A program made the position numbers and the translations under genes. The notes beneath the pieces were generated by a model. It had not been told where the DNA came from, made no database searches, and worked only from the letters and a program-made list of their open reading frames with translations. DNA of 64,000 nt, taken from assembly GCA_030264375.1 (NCBI GenBank), contig JASCQW010000162.1:61002335-61066334 (forward strand). Direction: 5' to 3'. Below, one piece after another: positions 1-46,609 of the stretch; the first letter of the stretch is position 1, and every line of letters begins with the position of its first letter. The DNA is from Carcharhinus longimanus (lineage: Eukaryota).

Positions 1-28
1 TTAGCTTCATTTGAAGCAATTTTTAAAA

Positions 29-222
29 GTGGCATCTTGGCCTTTTGGCTAAGATACAAATGAGATCAAGCCTTGGAGGAGTTGCAAAACCTACTCCAAT
101 CAGCTTGGATCATGTAAATCAAGCCCAAGACAGGAGCTGAGAGCCCTGTCTTGTCAGCTTGGATCAGGAATGTGTCACTTGTTGAGACTCTGAATTGGAC
201 TTGATTTGATTGAATTGGATTA
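29..222 (+). mobile_element. Candidate U2 snRNA-headed SINE or structured RNA (U2 5' fragment, twin hairpins, TTGAW tail)
   Basis: 29-55 matches U2 snRNA nt 1-27 at 23/27 positions, including 17 in a row; two hairpin units at 65-112 and 118-166; simple-repeat tail at about 193-221. Confidence 0.55.
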
Positions 223-758
223 AACAAAGTAAGTTGTGAATTGTGTGATCCAGAGTCAACCCCCAGGTTGCCCTTCGCCTAGCTCTCTCTCTCTCTCTGG
301 CCAAATTTCATAAGCACCTTCTATTTAAAGCACATTTTACTTTAAGCATCAACAGCCTGGATTCTTATCCACAAGGGAGCGTCGGGAAAATTCCTGCTTT
401 TGCCTATCCGCTTTAGGAGAAAGTGCCCACAAAGGTGGGATCTTCGTTGCTGGGGCCAAGGTGGGGGCTGGGGGTCAGGCCAGTCATAGAATCGCTGCAG
501 TGCAAAAGAAGTCCATTCAGCCCATCAAGCCTGCAGCAACAACAATCTCACGTATTTACTCCGCGAATCCCCCTGACAATTGGGTTGAGACTGACCCGCT
601 GATGCCTTTATCAAACACGGCGGCCCTGATAACCGGCAGTCGTATTTCAGTCTGCGCATGTGCAACATCCCTGGGCCAGGCAAGTGAGCGGCACCATCGC
701 GGCCCCGGGGCGGGGCAGAGCAGAGAGAGGGGCCTGGGCTTGAGGTCGCCGTGAAGCG

Positions 759-36024
<35,266 letters not shown>

Positions 36025-38767
36025 TTTGACGTGACTGGAAGATGACCAGGCAGTCCCTTATATGCACACAACTTCCAGCCCCACGCAGGAGGTTGGCCTG
36101 TACCACGGTCCAAACCATGGCACGCAGTGTGACAGAGTGAGCCTCCTCTGGTACATCAGCATCACTGAAAGGGCAGTCAGACAACAGCAGTGAACTCTTG
36201 TACATTTACAGTCAACCATGCGAAACACATTCTCCACCTGCTGGAGTATATTGCTTTAGGAACTATATGGAGGGCCTGTGCTGTGTACCAGCTGCTGTGA
36301 TCTACTTAGGGATGTGGAGCCACCCAACTTGACATGGGTTAGCCACCCAAGGTGCCCAGTTGTTTACTCTGCCCGTGGCTTCCTGATGCCATAGCAATGG
36401 TAGTGGTTATTGCCATTGTGTCTGCTTTGCCTCCCTCCCTACGCTCTCCCTTCTGACCTGGATAAGTATATTGATCTTAATTTTTTTGGAAGACATGAGA
36501 AACAAAAGTATGGGGTAGCGACAGATGGTATGTGTTTGATTATTTAAGTTCTCTGGTGAAGTAGCTTGAAGTGATGGTTTGATGTGCTGTAATAAGGGGG
36601 GAGGAGGGTGATATTGTGTAGTTTGCTTTTCCTGTAAGGAGCTGTAAACCATATGTGAGACCATTTCCCCAAAAGGGCAATTTACTGAAAGAACAAGCAA
36701 TTCTTTTTGCACTTGTTTTTTGCATATGGACCACAATGGAAAGGCCAATTTATTTCCCATCAGAGTTGCCCTCAGAGTTGAATTGCAGAATCTTTTCAGG
36801 TGGGGAATATACACACACGGGCACTGATAACCGAGCTACACAATTTTGTTCTGTTTATCTTTAATAACATACTGATGCACCTTGCCCAAATCTATCTAAT
36901 TATATCCTCTGTTTGTCTTCAGTAATCACTGATTGATCTCGCTCCTCATTCTATTTAATCTTGCATTCTGCTTTTCATGATGTGCCCTAAGTTAACAAGG
37001 TAACGTATTGCTTAGTCGTCTTCCCTCTGTTTGGTAAGTTGATCGCCCCACACTCTCTCTAATTTGTATCCTTTGTACAGAGGAGCAGCTCCTAGATTCT
37101 GCACTTTGTTCCTACTGCGCCAGAGAGGCACATTCCAATCTCACATTCAAAATGTTTTTTCCGAAGATTAATTACTGAGGATGCTGCCAGGATAACACTA
37201 AAAAACACAGATGAGAAGATCCCAGGATGGATTCTCAGCTTGTTATCTTAGCTGGCATTTGAGGCATTAGTTTGGAGCCTTATAGTTGTCCTTGGTGTTC
37301 CTCATCTAGGTAGGGGAAAGATCAGCCAGGATTCCCAGGTCTGACTATTGCTGAGTGAGTGATTAGAAAGTATGGGCGTTGGGTAGGGTGGGGGAAGCGT
37401 TTAGTTTTGCTAACCACATGGCCTGCCAGCATTCTCATTTTAGGCATGCACGTTTAAACTGAGTACTAAAAAATCCTGGAAGATGCCTATGAAACTGTAC
37501 ACTAATAAGAGTTGGCACGTTTAGAAGAGGAGGGGAAAAAAAGCTGTGTCTAAGATAATAACTTTCAGGCAGCACGTGTTGTAAAGGTATTGATTGTTTC
37601 TACATATAAAGCAAATTTCGACAAGAAGCTTCAAGATATGCACTCATTAAAACTTCATGCAGCTCATGCGCAGATCCAAGTTTTTAAATGAACTACTGTG
37701 TGCAATCCATATCAACAGCATCCCTCATTCTAACAGCCCATACCAACTGAAGAACAATCTGCTTTTGCCAAGCAATGTTTGCACTATTCAGCAGCTGACT
37801 AATGGAGTGTTCACAGGTACATGTGCTTTGTACAGATGCTCACTGATGGCGGAGATGAAAAGAAATTGCCGCAATAACAGCAGACTCTTTGGCAGCAGAG
37901 AGGAGGCTTGTTGGTCGCAGTAGACACTTTGCCATAACACAATTGCTGGAGAGCCGAGTATAGTCTCTGTAATGTGGACTTCTGGGATCTGGGTTCAAGT
38001 CTGATCTGAGCCAATGGGATGAGGGCTGGTCAAATACATTTGTGTGGAATGACACTTGCAGCCAAGCCCCTATTAGGTGCGCGATTACCCATTATTTGCA
38101 CTTAACTGATTGGTTTAAAACCTGATGTGTTGCATGGAGAAGCTTCTCAACCGCACAGCGGAAGAACTCCACCTGAGGTTAAGAGGAAATTACCTTGTTC
38201 ATGCTGACCCAATGCTGTACCTGGTCCTTGAATGCTTTGTGAAAAAAGTGTAAAGGGAGCTTTACTCTATAACACAGGTGGCATCTGATCTGAGAGTTTA
38301 AGACATTGCAGAGGGACCTTCATTGTGTATTTAGTCCAAGTTGTGTATGATATTGGAATGCTGATGAGGCAATGTCAAGGGGTCAGTACTCTTGTCAAAC
38401 CTGGAAATACTTGCTGCAACCCTAACTTTACTCTGTATCAAACCCATACTGAACCTGAGCTGGGTCCAATACACAGTTTAAATAGAGAGTAAATCTCCTT
38501 CTGTTCCAGTACGTTTCAGCTTTAGTCTGAAAAGTGTGGTTGGCAGATTGCTTGAGCTGGGCCCAGTTTTCACCAGGAACTGAGACTGTGCAAACTCAGC
38601 TCACGTGAGTTTTAAAGTTTTTTTTTTAAAAAGGATAAACTTTCAATTTTCCATCCTATCTGTCTTTCTGGATTTAAACCCATATTCATAAAGGCTAAGA
38701 CCTAATCCACTGCATCAGGTAGTCCCACATTTAATCAAAATAAAGCCTTCAACAACAATTCCCATAC

Positions 38768-39335
38768 ATCAAAAAGCAGAATACTGCAGATGCTAGAAAT
38801 CTGAAATGAAAACANNNNNNNNNNNNNNNNNNNNNNNNNNNNNNNNNNNNNNNNNNNNNNNNNNNNNNNNNNNNNNNNNNNNNNNNNNNNNNNNNNNNNN
38901 NNNNNNNNNNNNNNAAAAAGCAGAATACTGCAGATGCTAGAAATCTGAAATGAAAACAAAATGCTAAATACAGTCAGATTAAGGTTCCATCCGTGGAGAG
39001 AGAAACAGTTAACATTTTGGGCCCTGTGATCTCCCATCAGAACTGGGAAATGTTAGAAGTGTGCTAGCTTTTGAGCAGGGGGTGGGTGGACAAGTACCAA
39101 AGGATGGTCTGTGATAGGGTAGAAGGTGGAAAAGACTGAAAGACAGAAGAGTTAGTGCCAGGATCACAGAAAATGATAATGGGGCAAGAAAATAAATAAT
39201 TGGTGCCTAGAGCAGGTGTACTGCTGATTGCAAACAAAAGAAACGGAAACAAAATGGGCAGCAAGATTTTGGTCTGAAATTATTGAGTCATGAAGGCTAT
39301 GAAGTGCCTAAATGAAAGATGAGGTGCTCTTCCTA
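38768..39335 (-). mobile_element. Penelope-like terminal fragment within the ATG16L1 3'UTR region
   Basis: AAAAGCAGAATACTGCAGATGCTAGAAATCTGAAAT terminus; GAAAGATGAGGTGCTCTTCC (reverse of EEHLIF). Confidence 0.65.
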
Positions 39336-40112
39336 AGTATTTTCCCAGAGGTGCATCAGTCTGTCAGCTCTTTGGTGTTTGCCCATCCCAATGAGTTTTG
39401 GCAATACTGAAGGAGCTGTTCATTTTGTAAGCATTCGCCGTGTAACACTGTTCCATGTGTAACAATGCTCATATTGAGCAGCCTTTCTATTTAGTTTCTA
39501 TTGGGGGTAGAGTTCGGGAGGTGGGTGGTGTGCACATTTACATGCTCTTTAAGGTCAAGACTTTATACTTGCCCCTCAAAGTTGCATATTGAATGTTCAA
39601 GCACTTGAAACTTTTTATTATTACTGATCCACATGGAAGAGAGTTCAGTTTTGTTGTGGATGCCCATTGCATGTCTGGCCTGTTGTCACTGCAGCCCACT
39701 CTGAATTGAGAAAAGAGCAAAAAAGTGTCTCCTGCTGTAGTTGAACACTCAGACCCAAACCTTCCTTGATGACAACGATTTTACCAAATGCACCATTAAG
39801 AAATTACTTGCACTGTGACTGCAGACAGATTTGTGCTCATGAACTAGGGCGAAAGCAATGAAGGCAGGGTCCAAACTTTGTTCTGTGTGTGTAGTTGAGT
39901 GGCATGTTCCAATTACCTCGTTTGTATCGATGCTTTAAGAGTACTTGCCACATGCACTTTAAATTTTTTTCCTGAAGAACATGGCATTGTAACTGCCATG
40001 TTGCCTGGCTGAGATTTGGCTTACTTGTTATGGCTGAATCCTGTGTAATCACCACCAACTTGCTCTGTAAATCTGCCAGTGCTGCTTCATTATAAATGTT
40101 TTTTTATAAAAA

Positions 40113-40118
40113 AATAAA
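40113..40118 (+). terminator. Probable ATG16L1 polyadenylation signal (3'UTR about 4.1 kb); alternative AATAAA at 38739
   Basis: AATAAA preceded by a U-rich tract and followed by a GT/T-rich downstream element (tgatgttttgtgttt near 40170). Confidence 0.6.
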
Positions 40119-41039
40119 GTGAATTCTAAAAGCTGTATCGAGTTCTGAGTCGCCTTTTCAACTTCAGGTGATGTTTTGTGTTTAAATTTGTGAACAAATG
40201 TTTGAGACAATTTGAGAGTGAGGTTGTTTTTAAATTCTTGGAATCATAGAATCCCTACAGTGAGTGCAGAAGGAGGCCATTTGGCCAATCATGTCTGCAC
40301 CAGCTCTTCAATACAGCATCCCACCCATGCCCATCCTCCATCCTATCCCTATAACACTACACATTTATCCTGCGATAATTTTAGGGCCCGAAATCCACAT
40401 AACTGGCACAACTTCAGACAATAAAGGGCAATTTATCATGGCCAGTCCTTGCCCTCCTTTTCTGCTACATGGCTAAAGCTGCACATAACACCAGGTTTTG
40501 GTTTTGGTATGGTACTAGTTGACCTAAAATGATATAGTACAGAAGCAGGCCACTGGGTCTGTTTTGCCTGGGCCATACAGCAGTTCTGTGTGGATTTGAA
40601 ACTGTGCTTATGCTAAGTTTGTTGTTCTCAGCTGATGAACTATGGTACTGCACTGGCCATAGTATCTATAGGGCAAGGACGGTGGGGATCACAATTCCTG
40701 ATCGTTACTTAGTCTCTCCTTGCAGACAGAAGAGTTTGTATGTTGAGTAAGGATGGAAATGGATGCACTAATGTTTGAATGACTTGCCACCACTAATCAC
40801 CTCAGCGCACATTGGCACTAGTCATTTGGGTAATTCATGTTTGGCCCCTTCTGTCCGTGTTGTCTCTCTGGTAGAGCAACTTTTCTCTTCAAGTTCCATG
40901 CCTTTTCCCCAAGACTTAAGTTCTTTCCAGATAATTATCCAGTTCCTTTTCAAAATCCACGATTGAATCTGTCCCTACCACACACTTGAGCTGTGATTTC
41001 CAGATCCTAAACACTCGCTGGATCAAAAGCTTTTCTCAA

Positions 41040-41260
41040 TGTCAGTGTGGAGTTTGCATATTCTCCCTGAGTCTGTGTGGGTTTCTTCCTGGTGCTCCAG
41101 TTTCCTCCCACAGTCCAAAGATGTGCAGGTTGTATGGATTAGTCATGGTAAATATGGGGGGGATAGGACAGAGAGGAGAGCATGGGTGGGGTGCTCCTTC
41201 AGAAAGTTGGTGCAAATTCTGAGTCAAGTGGCCTTTTTCTGCGCTGTTGGGATTCTACGG
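41040..41260 (+). mobile_element. HE1/V-type SINE fragment nested in an old CR1 relic
   Basis: TGTGGAGTTTGCATATTCTCCC...GTTTCCTCCCACAGTCCAAAGATGTG. Confidence 0.75.
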
Positions 41261-44200
41261 TTCATCTTTCTGGTGCTTTTGCCATTCGCCTTAGTTTGGT
41301 GCCCTCTTGTTCTTAACCCTTCTGTCAATAGAAACACATTCTATCAATCTTGTCCATACACCTCATGATTCTGAACACTTCTATCAAATCTTGCAATCTA
41401 GTTTTCCAAAAAGTACAGCCCCTGCTTTTCTAATTCAAGTAGCCAAAGTTTCTCATCCATGGATCCATTCTGATGGATCTTTTCTTCACCTTCTCAAGTA
41501 CTTTTCATACCCTTCCTGAAGTGTGGTGGCCAGAGCATGGCTTGGGGCTAAGTAGAGAATTAAAGTTACACTCTAGATCAGGTAAGGTTTTTGAACAAGT
41601 TGGAAATATCCTGACAACTTCCTAAATCAATATTTCTAGATCTTTTCTCCAGAAGTGAAATTGTCCAATCACTCCTTTGTGATGCTGTGATCATGTCCTA
41701 TCTCCTATACTTCAGCTCTCTAGTCCTGTAATGCAGGTTGTGATTTAAAAAAAAAATTCAAACAGCTCATCATCTTTCTTGTTTCATGTTATGTGGGCAT
41801 TGCTGGCAAAGGCAGTGTTTGTCATCTATCCCTAACTGCCCTTGAAATGAATGGTTTGCTATGCCATTTCAAATAGTAGTTGAGTTGACTACACTGCTGT
41901 GCTGTGGGTCTGGAGTTAAATGTAGGCCAAGCTAGGTAAGATTGACAGAGTTCCTTCCTTAAGGGGCCATTAATGAACTAAATGGTTTTGGTGACAATTG
42001 ATGGATTCATGGNNNNNNNNNNNNNNNNNNNNNNNNNNNNNNNNNNNNNNNNNNNNNNNNNNNNNNNNNNNNNNNNNNNNNNNNNNNNNNNNNNNNNNNN
42101 NNNNNNNNNNNNGTCGTCATTTCTGAGGCCAGATTTAATATTAATTGAATTTAAATTCCACAAGTTTTCAGAGTGGTATTTAAACCCATTTCCCCAGAAC
42201 ATTATTCTAGATCTTGATTACTATTTGTGACATTATTACTGCACTGCTGTCTCGTTTGCTACTGAAAGCTTCATCCATGTCTTTGTTTCCTCTTTTTGAC
42301 TAATCCAATGCATTTATGGTTCATCTCCCACACTCTACCCTCTATAAAATTGAGGTGTTCCATAACTGCTGCCACGTGTTAACTTGTAACAAGTCCCATT
42401 GCCCTATCACCACTGTGCTCGCTGGCCTATAATGGTTTCAAGTCCTTCCATGACCATGAATGTTAAAAGACGTTACACACACACACAAATTGTCTCCAAC
42501 CAGCCTCTCCGTCAACCTTTATAGTGCATCTCTGCCTGATCCCAATATCCCTTACATCCTATCTTTCTGTTGCCTTTTTCCATCCAGGGCTGACTTGCTC
42601 TCCTTTCCACGTTTTCTCTTAATGTGTGCATTATTTTCCTCTTCACTGCTGCTTTATAATTGTCAGTGCTCATGGCGCTGAACACCAAGGTTGAAGAAAG
42701 ACCTGGAAGAAATGATTAGCTATGGATTATTGAAGGGAGAATTGCACAGGTTGGAGATTCTTAGAGTATATAAGAAATGTGCAGCTGTGATGATCTCAAT
42801 GTGTGGAGGAAGAAGTATATTAGAAGGAACTGGGAGGGGAATTCAAGGAGCAGAGAGTGTTATAGTATCGATAAAATAGAATATTTGCAGTGGAGAGAGG
42901 GAGAAGCCTAACTATTAAGCTTCTTTTAGCTTCACTTATATAACTACGTTTGTTTATAGTTACCAGGACATTCTGTTCTAGGCCAAGTGATGAAAAAAAA
43001 TTCCAGTAATACAAGAGCTGATGAGTCAGGCAGATTCTGATTATAAGCAGGATTAGAGATATTCTTAGCATTACCAGACAAGGGTCCTGGTCACTGATGA
43101 ATCCCTATTCCTGAGAGAAAATAAATAAAATGTATTTAATTCATCAGATGTTTTTAAATACTTTTCAATCCCTGAACTTTCTGAAACTTTTTGGATAATT
43201 CTTTTCAAGATAGAACAGTGAGTAAGTTGGATTAATTGCAAAAATCACCAGCATAGAGAAATAATATTTGGTCTCTCTCGACATTGCTCTTGTATCCAAA
43301 CTCTCTGTTTCCGGGGAGTTCCATATTCCATAAATTTGAAATCCAAGCCTCTCTCATCCTTACGCATATTAAGTCCAATTAATCCATCACTTCTGGGCTC
43401 ACTGACCTACATTAGCTCCTGGTTAAGTAATGCCTCGCTTTTAGAATTCTCATCCTTGTTTTCAGATCCCTCCATTGCCTTGCTCCTCCCATCTCTCAAA
43501 TCTCCTCTAGCCCTTCAACGCTCTGAGATAATCACACTTCTTTAACATGGCCTCTTGAGCATCCCTGACCTTAATTGCTCCTGCACAACAGGTTGTGTAT
43601 AAAGCTGCCTAGGTCCTGGCTCTGGAATTCCCTCCTTGAACCTTTCTATCGCTACCTCTCTTTTCACCTTAAAAATACTCCTTAAAGCTGACCACTCTGA
43701 CCAACCTTTTGTCCAATAAATCATAACATCTACTTCTAATGCTGGGTGTCAAATATTATTTTATAATCCCCTTGTGAAATGCTTTATTAAATTAAAGTTG
43801 CTACATAAAGCAAATTATTGTTACTAATTTTACGGCCTGATCAATGAGAGATTTGGTCCCATTTGTACCTCTTTGTTTGGGGGGGGGCGAGGGGGGGCAG
43901 GATTCAACCACTACTCTGGAAGAGTCTGGATTTTTGGAGTATGTACTGATTCAAGTTTATCGTGTAAGACATCATCCACATTTCAGAATGCTATCCACCT
44001 GTGTAAAGCAGGAAGGAATTCCTAGACTATAATCTCAAGTGCCTTTTATGTATTTGGGGCAAGTTTTGTGCAAGGTTGTTATTACTTTATAATGTTGAAT
44101 GGGGTAGAATTCAACCATGTCCAAACTAAATGTCTCTTCCAAGACTCATCCATATGAGTTTCACGAATAGGACCTGCCCACTCCACCCTTCCTTTTGTGA

Positions 44201-46119
44201 CAATTCTGCTCAATAAATCACCTGAGCAGTGTATTTGCTTCTGATGATGACTGAAAAGGCATTCGTAAAGTATGAGCTGGATTACCAAATTGTAGAATTT
44301 GACACTACAGAAGAAGCTAATTTGGTCCAACATGCTTGTGCTGTCTTTAAAGGAACTTTCCCATTAAATGCACTTTTTCTGTGTGAATTCCACCCCCCCC
44401 CCCCCCACCCCCCCAAGTGTTTATTCAACTCCCTAATCAAAGGAGGAGTCCCAACTCTTATCAAAACCATCATTTTACTACCCCGGCTCTTTTGTTGTCA
44501 GATTATTAGAGAATTCAAAAAAGGTGCACCATCTCTAGCAAATATACATCCAAGCATCTACCCCACAGATCTGTGTAAGCTCAGTCATTAAATATGCAAT
44601 GACTACAGAAAATCCATGTATGTGTGTTTTCTTAGGAAAAGTAAAATTTGATCAATTAATATGGGTTCCCTTATAAACAAACTTTAAAGTGCTTGGCTTC
44701 TTAATATAAAACATAGGTTTCAAGGATTGCATTACTGTCTAGACCCCAGGGTATATTCCAGTACAGGCCAAACAATAGGCTACAGTATCATGAACATTTA
44801 CTAAACCTATTCTTTCTCTTCTCTCCAACAATTTCCTGACTTATGCTTTGTGTGCAGTTCTATACACTGAATATCTTATGGTACCTCACTTAAGCAACCA
44901 TTCACTTAGCAGGTGAGGTAATTTCAATTATAGTATTCCCTCCTGGCCAACAATGAAATTGTTCTTGCCCAATGTCCATACGCACCTGCCCCAACCACAA
45001 AAATGGGACTCCAAGGTGTCTTGTCCCCTTCCTGAACCAGCAATGATCTGGCCAGTTGCAACTCCCACAACTGTTGCCCGAATGGTGACCAGTTGACTCA
45101 CTGCAGCCACTGGGGCTATTGGTCAAAACCATATCAAGCAGTACCCTTACCAACCTGAGTTACCAGGAGTGCTGTTATGTTTAATTGGGGTGTCCTGACA
45201 AGTGAGTGGTTTCTTGTGTATGTCAGGTGTTAATTTGCAAACTGTTGTCGTAAATCTCTTAAAGCTGTTATCAGATTATTTGTAGTTATTAAAAGATTTG
45301 TACATGAAGAGGTGTAACCTTGATGAGGATTTGCTGTGCTGACAATGCCCTGTAAGCTTCTCAGGCTGACGGGTCTGTGAAGATTTACTCAAACTTGCCA
45401 GAAGATTTCAGATCTTGGACACGTGAATGGGAATTATGAACCATTTTCCAATGGCTTAGGGATAGTTCCAGCAAATCTTCCTTACTATAAAGGACTCCAG
45501 TTTCCATTTCTAGGTGCTGTTGTTGGGCTCACCTGGCCTCTGAAGAGAAGACTTATTATCTGGTGTGCCTGCAGGCCAAGAGTAGCTACTTGCCCAAAGG
45601 AATTGTCCAGGAGGTGTTGAAGGCTAGTGACTAGCTGACTTCTTGTGTGTTTTTGTTCGAAGGCTTTTCAGGTACTCATTCAAGAAGCTCCCAGTGTTTA
45701 TTTTCATTGTTTCGTTGTTTGATTGAAAATTATTGCTGCGGCCAAGAGTTTTAGCAAAGCTCCCAGGAGGTTTGTCACTCAGTTTGTTTAAAAACATCAC
45801 TTTATTTTGAAAAGCATCACTGTTAAAGATAAACTTAGCACCCTGTTTGTCGTCATGCCTCTGATCTGTCTCAATCTTTCCATTGCTAAGTGTTACTCTT
45901 AACATTGCTCCGATGTCAAAAAAAAGTCTTTAATTTGAATGTAGCATTGTCATTCCATTCTAATACAGCATGGGAGGTTTTGTCGAACGCCATTTCTGCT
46001 TTCTTACTTTTTCTCCATTGTTCACGCAATTAGCAATAAAAATGTTAAGTGCTGATAGTGTGAATGGGGCGCATATGTGATTCTGCAATGGGGGAAGCTT
46101 CTGGGTGTGTAATAGGAAA

Positions 46120-46402
46120 TAATAAGAAAATAGGAGCAGGAGTAGGTCATTTGGCCCTTCGAGCCTGCCCCGCCATTCAATAAGATCATGGCTGATCTGT
46201 CGTGGCTCAGTTCCACTTTCCCGCCCTCNNNNNNNNNNNNNNNNNNNNNNNNNNNNNNNNNNNNNNNNNNNNNNNNNNNNNNNNNNNNNNNNNNNNNNNN
46301 NNNNNNNNNNNNNNNNNNNNNNNNNNNNAAGGCCAGCATCCCATTCGCCTTCCTGACCACCTGCTGCACCTGCAAGCTGGGTTTTTGCGACTCATGCACA
46401 AG
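46120..46402 (-). mobile_element. Young CR1 LINE spanning a gap; near-identical tail at 12530-12680
   Basis: ATAAGAAAATAGGAGCAGGAG...GAGCCTGCCCCGCCATTCAA; QVQQVVRKANGMLA peptide. Confidence 0.85.
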
Positions 46403-46609
46403 GACAGGTGGGCTATGAAAGAGCCTCCCAGACAAACAGGGAGACTCTGCACCTGAGCCAAAACTCACCTTCCCACTCCATTGCAATTAATATAAGACTT
46501 ATATAAAGGATGTTCTTCAAAACTAAATTTCACTAACAAGTATTTCACATTACATTAGTTCATTTTATTTGTGTGTGCATCATTGTTATTTGTTGAGACT
46601 AGCATGGTC

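Noticed and set aside
29-60. Functional U2 snRNA gene
   Set aside because: Similarity ends after about 27 nt; there is no GUAGUA branch-pairing sequence, Sm site or 3' stem-loops.
38771-38958. Direct repeat flanking the gap
   Set aside because: The same ~44 nt on both sides of a 100-N gap is most likely unmerged contig overlap.
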